From the NCBI GenBank assembly GCA_002189035.1, contig NEEC01000127.1, positions 29,521 through 93,520 of the forward strand: a DNA stretch of 64,000 nucleotides. The letters are read 5' to 3'. Both the position numbers and the translations under genes were made by a program. This DNA is from Utricularia gibba (Eukaryota > Plantae > Magnoliophyta). Numbering within the stretch: position 1 is the first letter of the stretch; each line of letters starts with the position of its first letter. Below, piece after piece: positions 1 through 13,300 of the stretch. The notes under the pieces were generated by a model that was not told where the DNA came from, searched no databases, and saw only the letters and a list, made by a program, of their open reading frames with translations.

Positions 1-2619
1 GGCGATCTTTGCACATGCTTAGGGTGTGTCTACCCGAAGCCTCATGGTTTCCTCGCACACCGTTCGGCATCTCGTCGATATCCTGAAGACCGTGATGAGT
101 CACGCTGCGCCCGGAATACCGTTTCGAAGCTCGTTCCGAGCCGGTCATCTTCCGTGTTGAAAGCTTCTTCGTCCGAGATGCATCAGAGCTCGAATTATCG
201 CCTTCTATTAGCCTTCAGATGTGCCACAAAGTGGCCACCACGTTCGCGACGACGACTTGGAACACAAAAATCGACGTGATTGTAATTTTCGGCTTGCAAA
301 ACATCTGCGTTTTTTCGGGTGATGTGAAATATGGGTTTTCGAGGCGATCTTTGCACATGCTTAGGGTGTGTCCCTACCGAAGCCTCATGGTTTCCTCGCA
401 CACCGTTCGGCATCTCGTCGATATCCTGAAGACCGTGATGAGTCACGCTGCGCCCGGAATACCGTTTCGAAGCTCGTTCCGAGCCGTCATCTTCCGTGTT
501 GAAAGCTTCTTCGTCCGAGGATGCATAAGAGCTCGAATTATCGCCTTCTATTAGCCTTCAGATGTGCCACAAAGTGGCCACCACGTTCGCGACGATGCGA
601 CTTGGAACACCAAAATCGACGTGATTGTAATTTTCGGCTTGCAAAACATCTGCGTTTTTTTGGGTGATGTGAAATATGGGTTTTCGAGGCGATCTTTGCA
701 CATGCTTAGGGTGTGTCCCTACGAAGCCTCATGGTTTCCTCGCACACCGTTCGGCATCTCGTCGATATCCTGAAGACCGTGATGAGTCACGCTGCGCCCG
801 GATACCGTTTCGAAGCTCGTTCCGAGCCGGTCATCTTCCGTGTTGAAAGCTTCTTCGTCCGAGGATGCATCAGAGCTCGAATTATCGCCTTCTATTAGCC
901 TTCAGATGTGCCACAAGTGGCCACCACGTTCGCGACGATGCGACTTGGAACACCAAAATCGACGCGATTGTGATTTTCGGCTTGCAAAACATCTGCGTTT
1001 TTTCGGGTGATGTGAAATATGGGTTTTCGAGGCGATCTTTGCACATGCTTAGGGTGTGTCCCTACCGAAGCCTCATGGTTTCCTCGCACACCGTTCGGCA
1101 TCTCGTCGATATCCTGAAGACCGTGATGAGTCACGCTGCGCCCGGAATACCGTTTCGAAGCTCGTTCCGAGCCGGTCATCTTCCGTGTTGAAAGCTTCTT
1201 CGTCCGAGGATGCATCAGAGCTCGAATTATCGCCTTCTATTAGCCTTCAGATGTGCCACAAAGTGGCCACCACGTTCGCGACGATGCGACTTGGAACACC
1301 AAAATCGACGTGATTGTAATTTTCGGCTTGCAAAACATCTGCGTTTTTTCGGGTGATGTGAAATATGGGTTTTCGAGGCGATCTTTGCACATGCTTAGGG
1401 TGTGTCCTACCGAAGCCTCATGGTTTCCTCGCACACCGTTCGGCATCTCGTCGATATCCTGAAGACCGTGATGAGTCACGCTGCGCCCGGAATACCGTTT
1501 CGAAGCTCGTTCCGAGCCGGTCATCTTCCGTGTTGAAAGCTTCTTCGTCCGAGGATGCATCAGAGCTCGAATTATCGCCTTATATTAGCCTTCAGATGCC
1601 ACAAAGTGGCCACCACGTTCGCGACGATGCGACTTGGAACACCAAATCGACGCGATTGTATTTTCGGCTTGCAAAACATCTGCGTTTTTTCGGGTGATGT
1701 GAAATATGGGTTTTCGAGGCGATCTTTGCACATGCTTAGGGTGTGTCCCTACCGAAGCCTCATGGTTTCCTCGCACACCGTTCGGCATCTCGTCGATATC
1801 CTGAAGACCGTGATGAGTCACGCTGCGCCCGGAATACCGTTTCGAAGCTCGTTCCGAGCCGGTCATCTTCCGTGTTGAATGCTTCTTCGTCCGAGGATGC
1901 ATCAGAGCTCGAATTATCGCCTTCTATTAGCCTTCAGATGTGCCACAAAGTGGCCACCACGTTCGCGACGATGCGACTTGGAACACCAAAATCGACGTGA
2001 TTGTAATTTTCGGCTTGCAAAACATCTGCGTTTTTTCGGGTGATGTGAAATATGGGTTTTCGAGGCGATCTTTGCACATGCTTAGGGTGTGTCCTACGAA
2101 GCCTCATGGTTTCCTCGCACACCGTTCGGCATCTCGTCGATATCCTGAAGACCGTGATGAGTCACGCTGCGCCCGAATACCGTTTCGAAGCTCGTTCCGA
2201 GCCGGTCATCTTCCGTGTTGAAGCTTCTTCGTCCGATGCATCAGAGCTCGAATTATCGCCTTATATTAGCCTTCAGATGTGCCACAAAGTGGCCACCACG
2301 TTCGCGACGATGCGACTTGGAACACCAAATCGACGCGATTGTAATTTTCGGCTTGCAAAACATCTGCGTTTTTTGGGTGATGTGAAATATGGGTTTTCGA
2401 GGCGATCTTTGCACATGCTTAGGGTGTGTCCTACCCGAAGCCTCATGGTTTCCTCGCACACCGTTCGGCATCTCGTCGATATCCTGAAGACCGTGATGAG
2501 TCACGCTGCGCCCGGAATACCGTTTCGAAGCTCGTTCCGAGCCGGTCATCTTCCGTGTTGAAAGCTTCTTCGTCCGAGGATGCATCAGAGCTCGAATTAT
2601 CGCCTTATATTAGCCTTCA

Positions 2620-2965
2620 GATGTGCCACAAAGTGGCCACCACGTTCGCGACGACGCGACTTGGAACACCAAAATCGACGTGATTGTAATTTTCGGCTTG
2701 CAAAACATCTGCGTTTTTTCGGGTGATGTGAAATATGGGTTTTCGAGGCGATCTTTGCACATGCTTAGGGTGTGTCCCTACCGAAGCCTCATGGTTTCCT
2801 CGCACACCGTTCGGCATCTCGTCGATATCCTGAAGACCGTGATGAGTCACGCTGCGCCCGGAATACCGTTTCGAAGCTCGTTCCGAGCCGGTCATCTTCC
2901 GTGTTGAATGCTTCTTCGTCCGAGGATGCATAAGAGCTCGAATTATCGCCTTATATTAGCCTTCA
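2620..2965 (+). repeat. Representative intact A-type monomer (346 bp)
   Basis: Runs GATGTGCCACAAAGTGG...TATTAGCCTTCA. Hand count on the A consensus: G86 C91 A72 T97, 32 CpG, 23 GpC, 9 TpA. Confidence 0.95.
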
Positions 2966-5900
2966 GATGTGCCACAAAGTGGCCACCACGTTCGCGACGA
3001 TGCGACTTGGAACACCAAAATCGACGTGATTGTAATTTTCGGCTTGCAAAACATCTGCGTTTTTTCGGGTGATGTGAAATATGGGTTTTCGAGGCGATCT
3101 TTGCACATGCTTAGGGTGTGTCCCTACCGAAGCCTCATGGTTTCCTCGCACACCGTTCGGCATCTCGTCGATATCCTGAAGACCGTGATGAGTCACGCTG
3201 CGCCCGGATACCGTTTCGAAGCTCGTTCCGAGCCGGTCATCTTCCGTGTTGAAAGCTTCTTCGTCCGAGGATGCATCAGAGCTCGAATTATCGCCTTCTA
3301 TTAGCCTTCAGATGTGCCACAAAGTGGCCACCACGTTCGCGACGATGCGACTTGGAACACCAAAATCGACGATTGTGATTTTCGGCTTGCAAAACATCTG
3401 CGTTTTTTCGGGTGATGTGAAATATGGGTTTTCGAGGCGATCTTTGCACATGCTTAGGGTGTGTCCCTACCCGAAGCCTCATGGTTTCCTCGCACACCGT
3501 TCGGCATCTCGTCGATATCCTGAAGACCGTGATGAGTCACGCTGCGCCCGGAATACCGTTTCGAAGCTCGTTCCGAGCCGGTCATCTTCCGTGTTGAAAG
3601 CTTCTTCGTCCAGGATGCATCAGAGCTCGAATTATCGCCTTCTATTAGCCTTCAGATGTGCCACAAAGTGGCCACGTTCGCGACGATGCGACTTGGAACA
3701 CCAAAATCGACGTGATTGTAATCTTTCGGCTTGCACAAACGAATCTGCGTTTTCGTTCGAGGTGATGTGAAATATGGGTTTTCGAGGCGATCTTTGCACA
3801 TGCTTAGGGTGTGTCCCTACCGAAGCCTCATGGTTTCCTCGCACACCGTTCGGCATCTCGTCGATATCCTGAAGACCGTGATGAGTCACGCTGCGCCCGG
3901 AATACCGTTTCGAAGCTCGTTCCGAGCCGGTCATCTTCCGTGTTGAAAGCTTCTTCGTCCGAGGATGCATAGAGCTCGAATTATCGCCTTCTATTAGCCT
4001 TCAGATGTGCCACAAAGTGGCCACCACGTTCGCGACGATGCGACTTGGAACACCAAAATCGACGTGATTGTAATTTTCGGCTTGCAAAACATCTGCGTTT
4101 TTTCGGGTGATGTGAAATATGGGTTTTCGAGGCGATCTTTGCACATGCTTAGGGTGTGTCCCTACTCGAAGCCTCATGGTTTCCTCGCACACCGTTCGGC
4201 ATCTCGTCGATATCCTGAAGACCGTGATGAGTCACGCTGCGCCCTTGCAAAACATCTGCGTTTTTTCGGGTGATGTGATACGAGGCGATTTTGCACATGA
4301 AGCTCGTTCCGAGCCGGTCATCTTCCGTGTTTCCGAATCTTCCGCTTCTTCGTCCGAGGATGCATAAGAGCTCGAATTATCGCCTTATATTAGCCTTCAG
4401 ATGTGCCACAAAGTGGCCACCACGTTCGCGACGATGCGACTTGGAACACCAAAATCGACGTGATTGTAATTTTCGGCTTGCAAAACATCTGCGTTTTTTG
4501 GGTGATGTGAAATATGGGTTTTCGAGGCGATCTTTGCACATGCTTAGGGTGTGTCCCTACCGAAGCCTCATGGTTTCCTCGCACACCGTTCGGCATCTCG
4601 TCGATATCCTCGAAGACCGTGATGAGTCACGCTGCGCCCGACATACCTTTTCGTCGAAGCTCGTTCCGAAGCCGGTCATCTTCCGTGTTGAATAAAGCTT
4701 CTTCGTCCGAGGATGCATAGAGCTCGAATTATCGCCTTATATTAGCCTTCAGATGTGCCACAAAGTGGCCACCACGTTCGCGACGATGCGACTTGGAACA
4801 CCAAAATCGACGTGATTGTGATTTTCGGCTTGCAAAACATCTGCGTTTTTTCGGGTGATGTGAAATATGGGTTTTCGAGGCGATCTTTGCACATGCTTAG
4901 GGTGTGTCCCTACCGAAGCCTCATGGTTTCCTCGCACACTTCGGCATCTCGTCGATATCCTGAAGACCGTGATGAGTCACGCTGCGCCCGCATACCGTTT
5001 CGAAGCTCGTTCCGAGCCGGTCATCTTCCGTGTTTGAAAGCTTCTTCGTCCGAGGATGCATCAGAGCTCGAATTATCGCCTTCTATTAGCCTTCAGATGT
5101 GCCACAAAGTGGCCACCACGTTCGCGACGACGCGACTTGGAACACCAAAATCGACGTGATTGTAATTTTCGGCTTGCAAAACATCTGCGTTTTTTCGGGT
5201 GATGTGAAATATGGGTTTTCGAGGCGATCTTTGCACATGCTTAGGGTGTGTCCCTACCCGAAGCCTCATGGTTTCCTCGCACACCGTCGGCATCTCGTCG
5301 ATATCCTGAAGACCGTGATGAGTCACGCTGCGCCCGGAATACCGTTTCGAAGCTCGTTCCGAGCCGTCATCTTCCGTGTTGAATGCTTCTTCGTCCGAGG
5401 ATGCATAAGAGCTCGAATTATCGCCTTATATTAGCCTTCAGATGTGCCACAAAGTGGCCACCACGTTCGCGACGATGCGACTTGGAACACCAAAATCGAC
5501 GTGATTGTAATTTTCGGCTTGCAAAACATCTGCGTTTTTTCGGGTGATGTGAAATATGGGTTTTCGAGGCGATCTTTGCACATGCTTAGGGTGTGTCCCT
5601 ACGAAGCCTCATGGTTTCCTCGCACACCGTTCGGCATCTCGTCGATATCCTGAAGACCGTGATGAGTCACGCTGCGCCCGGAATACCGTTTCGAAGCTCG
5701 TTCCGAGCCGGTCATCTTCCGTGTTGAATGCTTCTTCGTCCGAGGATGCATAAGAGCTCGAATTATCGCCTTCTATTAGCCTTCAGATGTGCCACAAAGT
5801 GGCCACCACGTTCGCGACGATGCGACTTGGAACACCAAAATCGACGCGATTGTGATTTTCGGCTTGCAAAACATCTGCGTTTTTTCGGGTGATGTGAAAT

Positions 5901-8900
5901 ATGGGTTTTCGAGGCGATCTTTGCACATGCTTAGGGTGTGTCCCTACCCGAAGCCTCATGGTTTCCTCGCACACCGTTCGGCATCTCGTCGATATCCTGA
6001 AGACCGTGATGAGTCACGCTGCGCCCGGATCCGTAAGCCGTTTCATCTTCCGTGTTGAATGCTTCTTCGTCCGAGGATGCATCAGAGCTCGAATTATCGC
6101 CTTATATTAGCCTTCAGATGTGCCACAAAGTGGCCACCACGTTCGCGACGATGCGACTTGGAAACCAAAATCGACGTGATTGTAATTTTCGGCTTGCAAA
6201 ACATCTGCGTTTTTTTGGGTGATGTGAAATATGGGTTTTCGAGGCGATCTTTGCACATGCTTAGGGTGTGTCCCTACGAAGCGACATTATCTCGCGATAT
6301 CTTGATGAGTCACACCAAGCCGTTCCGAGCATCTTCCGTCACATCAGAGCTGAAGCCACCACGTTCGCGACGATGCGACTTGGAACACCAAAATCGACGC
6401 GATTGTGATTTTCGGCTTGCAAAATCTGCGTTTTTTCGGGTGATGTGAAATATGGGTTTTCGAGGCGATCTTTGCACATGCTTAGGGTGTGTCCCTACCC
6501 GAAGCCTCATGGTTTCCTCGCACACCGTTCGGCATCTCGTCGATATCCTGAAGACATCGTGATGAGTCACGCTGCGCCCGGAATACCGTTTCGAAGCTCG
6601 TTCCGAGCCGGTCATCTTCCGTGTTGAATGCTTCTTCGTCCGATGATGCTCAGAGCTCGAATTATCGCCTTCTATTAGCCTTCAGATGTGCCACAAAGTG
6701 GCCACCACGTTCGCGACGATTTTGATTGTAATTTTCGGCTTGCAAAACATCTGCGTTTTTTCGGGTGATGTGAAATATGGGTTTTCGAGGCGATCTTTGC
6801 ACATGCTTAGGGTGTGTCCCTACCGAAGCCTCATGGTTTCCTCGCACACCGTTCGGCATCTCGTCGATATCCTGAAGACCGTGATGAGTCACGCTGCGCC
6901 CGGAATACCGTTTCGAAGCTCGTTCCGAGCCGGTCATCTTCCGTGTTGAATGCTTCTTCGTCCGAGGATGCATAAGAGCTCGAATTATCGCCTTCTATTA
7001 GCCTTCAGATGTGCCACAAAGTGGCCACCACGTTCGCGACGATGCGACTTGGAACACCAAAATCGACGCGATTGTATTTTCGGCTTGCAAAACATCTGCG
7101 TTTTTGGGTGATGTGAAATATGGGTTTTCGAGGCGATCTTTGCACATGCTTAGGGTGTGTCCCTACCGAAGCCTCATGGTTTCCTCGCACACCGTTCGGC
7201 ATCTCGTCGATATCCTGAAGACCGTGATGAGTCACGCTGCGCCCGGAATACCGTTTCGAAGCTCGTTCCGAGCCGGTCATCTTCCGTGTTGAAAGCTTCT
7301 TCGTCCGAGGATGCATCAGAGCTCGAATTATCGCCTTCTATTAGCCTTCAGATGTGCCACAAAGTGGCCACCACGTTCGCGACGTTTCGATGCGACTCAT
7401 GGAACACCAAAATCGACGTGATTGTGCGAATTTTCGGCTTGCAAAACATCTGCGTTTTTTCGGGTGATGTGAAATATGGGTTTTCGAGGCGATCTTTGCA
7501 CATGCTTAGGGTGTGTCCCTACCGAAGCCTCATGGTTTCCTCGCACACCGTTCGGCATCTCGTCGATATCCTGAAGACGTGATGAGTCACGCTGCGCCCG
7601 GAATACCGTTTCGAAGCTCGTTCCGAGCCGGTCATCTTCCGTGTTGAAGCTTCTTCGTCCGAGGATGCATAAGAGCTCGAATTATCGCCTTATATTAGCC
7701 TTCAGATGCCACAAAGTGGCCACCACGTTCGCGACGACGCGACTTGGAACACCAAAATCGACGTGATTGTAATTTTCGGCTTGCAAAACATCTGCGTTTT
7801 TTCGGGTGATGTGAAATATGGGTTTTCGAGGCGATCTTTGCACATGCTTAGGGTGTGTCCCTACCGAAGCCTCATGGTTTCCTCGCACACCGTTCGGCAT
7901 CTCGTCGATATCCTGAAGACCGTGATGAGTCACGCTGCGCCCGGAATACCGTTTCGAAGCTCGTTCCGAGCCGGTCATCTTCCGTGTTGAATGCTTCTTC
8001 GTCCGAGGATGCATCAGAGCTCGAATTATCGCCTTATATTAGCCTTCAGATGTGCCATGGCCACCACGTTCGCGACGATGCGACTTGGAACACCAAAATC
8101 GACGTGATTGTAATTTTCGGCTTGCAAAACATCTGCGTTTTTTCGGGTGATGTGAAATATGGGTTTTCGAGGCGATCTTTGCACATGCTTAGGGTGTGTC
8201 CCTACCCGAAGCCTCATGGTTTCCTCGCACACCGTTCGGCATCTCGTCGATATCCTGAAGACCGTGATGAGTCACGCTGCGCCCGGATACCGTTTCGAAG
8301 CTCGTTCCGAGCCGGTCATCTTCCGTGTTTAAAGCTTCTTCGTCCGAGGATGCATCAGAGCTCGAATTATCGCCTTCTATTAGCCTTCAGATGTGCCACA
8401 AAGTGGCCACCACGTTCGCGACGATGCGACTTGGAACACCAAAATCGACCGATTGTGATTTTCGGCTTGCAAAACATCTGCGTTTTTTCGGGTGATGTGA
8501 AATATGGGTTTTCGAGGCGATCTTTGCACATGCTTAGGGTGTGTCCCTACCGAAGCCTCATGGTTTCCTCGCACACCGTTCGGCATCTCGTCGATATCCT
8601 GAAGACCGTGATGAGTCACGCTGCGCCCGGAATACCGTTTCGAAGCTCGTTCCGAGCCGGTCATCTTCCGTGTTGAAGCTTCTTCGTCCGAGATGCATAA
8701 GAGCTCGAATTATCGCCTTATATTAGCCTTCAGATGTGCCACAAAGTGGCCACGTTCGCGACGATGCGACTTGGAACACCAAAATCGACGTGATTGTAAT
8801 TTTCGGCTTGCAAAACATCTGCGTTTTTTCGGGTGATGTGAAATATGGGTTTTCGAGGCGATCTTTGCACATGCTTAGGGTGTGTCCCTACTCGAAGCCT

Positions 8901-10360
8901 CATGGTTTCCTCGCACACCGTTCGGCATCTCGTCGATATCCTGAAGACCGTGATGAGTCACGCTGCGCCCGATACCGTTTCGAAGCTCGTTCCGAGCCGG
9001 TCATCTTCCGTGTTGAAAGCTTCTTCGTCCGAGGATGCATCAGAGCTCGAATTATCGCCTTCTATTAGCCTTCAGATGTGCCACAAAGTGGCCACCACGT
9101 TCGCGACGATGCGACTTGGAACACCAAAATCGACGCGATTGTATTTTCGGCTTGCAAAACATCTGCGTTTTTTCGGGTGATGTGAAATATGGGTTTTCGA
9201 GGCGATCTTTGCACATGCTTAGGGTGTGTCCCTACCGAAGCCTCATGGTTTCCTCGCACACCGTTCGGCATCTCGTCGATATCCTGAAGACCGTGATGAG
9301 TCACGCTGCGCCCGGAATACCGTTTCGAAGCTCGTTCCGAGCCGTCATCTTCCGTTTGAATGCTTCTTCGTCCGAGGATGCATCAGAGCTCGAATTATCG
9401 CCTTATATTAGCCTTCAGATGTGCCACAAAGTGGCCACCACGTTCGCGACGATGCGACTTGGAACACCAAAATCGACGTGATTGTAATTTTCGCTTGCAA
9501 AACATCTGCGTTTTTTGGGTGATGTGAAATATGGGTTTTCGAGGCGATCTTTGCACATGCTTAGGGTGTGTCCCTACCCGAAGCCTCATGGTTTCCTCGC
9601 ACACCGTTCGGCATCTCGTCGATATCCTGAAGACCGTGATGAGTCACGCTGCGCCCGGAATACCGTTTCGAAGCTCGTTCCGAGCCGGTCATCTTCCGTG
9701 TTGAAAGCTTCTTCGTCCGAGGATGCATCAGAGCTCGAATTATCGCCTTCTATTAGCCTTCAGATGTGCCACAAAGTGGCCACCACGTTCGCGACGATGC
9801 GACTTGAACACCAAATCGACGATTGTGATTTTCGGCTTGCAAAACATCTGCGTTTTTGGGTGATGTGAAATATGGGTTTTCGAGGCGATCTTTGCACATG
9901 CTTAGGGTGTGTCCTACCCGAAGCCTCATGGTTTCCTCGCACACCGTTCGGCATCTCGTCGATATCCTGAAGACCGTGATGAGTCACGCTGCGCCCGGAA
10001 TACCGTTTCGAAGCTCGTTCCGAGCCGTCATCTTCCGTGTTGAATGCTTCTTCGTCCGAGGATGCATCAGAGCTCGAATTATCGCCTCCTTCAGATGTGC
10101 CACAAAGTGGCCACCACGTTCGCGACGATGCGACTTGGAACACAAAATCGACGTGATTGTAATTTTCGGCTTGCAAAACATCTGCGTTTTTTCGGGTGAT
10201 GTGAAATATGGGTTTTCGAGGCGATCTTTGCACATGCTTAGGGTGTGTCCCTACGAAGCCTCATGGTTTCCTCGCACACCGTTCGGCATCTCGTCGATAT
10301 CCTGAAGACCGTGATGAGTCACGCTGCGCCCGGAATACCGTTTCGAAGCTCGTTCCGAGC

Positions 10361-13300
10361 ATCTCGTCATATCTCTGATAGACCGTGATTCTCACGCTGC
10401 GCGGCTTGCAAAACATCTGCGCATCACATGAAGAAGCTCATGGTTCCGAGCCGGTATCATCTTCCGTGCAAAGCTTCTTCGTCCGAGGATGCATCAGAGC
10501 TCGAATTATCGCCTTATATTAGCCTTCAGATGTGCCACAAAGTGGCCACCACGTTCGCGACGACGCGACTTGGAACACCAAAATCGACGTGATTGTAATT
10601 TTCGGCTTGCAAAACATCTGCGTTTTTTCGGGTGATGTGAAATATGGGTTTTCGAGGCGATCTTTGCACATGCTTAGGGTGTGTCCCTACCGAAGCCTCA
10701 TGGTTTCCTCGCACACCGTTCGGCATCTCGTCGATATCCTGAAGACCGTGATGAGTCACGCTGCGCCCGGAATACCGTTTCGAAGCTCGTTCCGAGCCGG
10801 TCATCTTCCGTGTTGAATGCTTCTTCGTCCGAGGATGCATAGAGCTCGAATTATCGCCTTCGCCTTCAGATGTGCCACAAAGTGGCCACCACGTTCGCGA
10901 CGATGCGACTTGGAACACCAAATCGACGTGATTGTAGGCTTGCAAAACATCTGCGTTTTTTCGGGTGATGTGAAATATGGGTTTTCGAGGCGATCTTTGC
11001 ACATGCTTAGGGTGTGTCCCTACCGAAGCCTCATGGTTTCCTCGCACACCGTTCGGCATCTCGTCGATATCCTGAAGACCGTGATGAGTCACGCTGCGCC
11101 CGGACCGTTTCGAAGCTCGTTCCGAGCCGGTCATCTTCCGTGTTTAAAGCTTCTTCGTCCGAGGATGCATCAGAGCTCGAATTATCGCCTTCTATTAGCC
11201 TTCAGATGTGCCACAAAGTGGCCACCACGTTCGCGACGATGCGACTTGGAACACCAAATCGACGCGATTGTATTTTCGGCTTGCAAAACATCTGCGTTTT
11301 TTCGGGTGATGTGAAATATGGGTTTTCGAGGCGATCTTTGCACATGCTTAGGGTGTGTCCCTACCCGAAGCCTCATGGTTTCCTCGCACACCGTTCGGCA
11401 TCTCGTCGATATCCTGAAGACCGTGATGAGTCACGCTGCGCCCGGAATACCGTTTCGAAGCTCGTTCCGAGCCGGTCATATTCCGTGTTGAAAGCTTCTG
11501 CGACTTGGAACACCAAAATCGACGCGAGGATGCGATCAGAACGAATCATATTCGCCTTCGATATTATGATCAGAATGTGCCAAAAGCTTCTTCGTCCGCC
11601 ACGCACGCGCGACGATGCGACTTGGAACACCAAAATCGACGTGATTGTAATTTTCGGCTTGCAAAACATCTGCGTTTTTTCGGGTGATGTGAAATATGGG
11701 TTTTCGAGGCGATCTTTGCACATGCTTAGGGTGTGTCCCTACCGAAGCCTCATGGTTTCCTCGCACACCGTTCGGCATCTCGTCGATATCCTGAAGACCG
11801 TGATGAGTCACGCTGCGCCCGGTTTCGAAGCTCGTTCCGAGCCGGTCATCTTCCGAAAGCTTCTTCGTCCGAGGATGCATCAGAGCTCGAATTATCGCCT
11901 TATTAGCCTTCAGATGTGCCACAAAGTGGCCACCACGTTCGCGACGATGCGACTTGGAACACCAAAATCGACGATCGGCTTGCAAAACATCTGCGTTTTT
12001 TCGGGTGATGTGAAATATGGGTTTTCGAGGCGATCTTTGCACATGCTTAGGGTGTGTCCCTACCGAAGCCTCATGGTTTCCTCGCACACCGTTCGGCATC
12101 TCGTCGATATCCTGAAGACCGTGATGAGTCACGCTGCGCCCGGAATACCGTTTCGAAGCTCGTTCCGAGCCGGTCATCTTCCGTGTTGAATGCTTCTTCG
12201 TCCGAGGATGCATAAGAGCTCGAATTATCGCCTTATATTAGCCTTCAGATGTGCCACAAAGTGGCCACCACGTTCGCGACGATGCGACTTGAACACCAAA
12301 ATCGACGTGATTGTAATTTTCGGCTTGCAAAACATCTGCGTTTTTTCGGGTGATGTGAAATATGGGTTTTCGAGGCGATCTTTGCACATGCTTAGGGTGT
12401 GTCCCTACCGAAGCCTCATGGTTTCCTCGCACACCGTTCGGCATCTCGTCGATATCCTGAAGACCGTGATGAGTCACGCTGCGCCCGGATACCGTTTCGA
12501 AGCTCGTTCCGAGCCGGTCATCTTCCGTGTTGAAGCTTCTTCGTCCGAGGATGCATCAGAGCTCGAATTATCGCCTTCTATTAGCCTTCAGATGTGCCAC
12601 AAAGTGGCCACCACGTTCGCGACGATGCGACTTGGAACACCAAAATCGACGCGATTGTATTTTCGGCTTGCAAAACATCTGCGTTTTTTCGGGTGATGTG
12701 AAATATGGGTTTTCGAGGCGATCTTTGCACATGCTTAGGGTGTGTCCCTACTCGCGTTTCATGGTGATGTCCGACATCGTTCCGGCATCTCGTCTTCTTC
12801 GAGGCATCCTCGAAGCACCGTGATTACGCTGCGTCGGCTATACCGTCATGAAGCATGGGTTCGGCATCTCGTCGATATCCTGAAGACCGTGATGAGTCAC
12901 GCTGCGCCCGGAATACCGTTTCGCAATGCTTCTTCGTCCAGGATGCATCAGAGCTCGAATTATCGCCTTCTATTAGCCTTCAGATGCGCCACAAAGTGGC
13001 CACCACGTTCGCGACGATGCGACTTGGAACACCAAAATCGACTCGGCTTGCAAAACATCTGCGTTTTTTCGGGTGATGTGAAATATGGGTTTTCGAGGCG
13101 ATCTTTGCACATGCTTAGGGTGTGTCCCTACCCGAAGCCTCATGGTTTCCTCGCACACCGATCTCGTCGATATCCTGAAGACCGTGATGAGTCACGCTGC
13201 GCCCGGAATACCGTTTCGAAGCTCGTTCCGAGCCGTCATCTTCCGTGTTGAAGCTTCTTCGTCCGAGGATGCATAAGAGCTCGAATTATCGCCTTATATT

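Noticed and set aside
2560-2588. Hammerhead-like motif on the minus strand: CTGATGC-ATCC-TC-GGAC-GAAG-AAGCTT-TC. Of interest because newt satellite 2 and Schistosoma Sm-alpha are similar-sized repeats that carry hammerheads.
   Set aside because: Core positions deviate (CUGAUGC instead of CUGANGA, GAAG instead of GAAA), helix II closes with A-C, and helix I cannot form beyond 1 bp. An Infernal or RNAMotif scan would settle it.
2843-2849. AP-1/GCN4-type TGAGTCA in every monomer
   Set aside because: A single 7-mer with no promoter or gene context. Its conservation is no greater than that of the surrounding monomer.
2830-2870. Plus-strand CTGAAGA (matches CUGANGA) followed by a hairpin
   Set aside because: No GAAA follows the hairpin. 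The nearest GAAT lacks a valid helix II closing pair and becomes GCAT in many copies.
2857-2875. CENP-B box-like CCCG...CGAA
   Set aside because: Spacing is 11 nt instead of the required 7 (TTCG-N4-A-N2-CGGG).
2832-2899. tRNA or SINE-derived cloverleaf
   Set aside because: No 7-bp acceptor stem, no anticodon arm geometry, and no convincing A box or GGTTCRA B box (only GTTCCGA).
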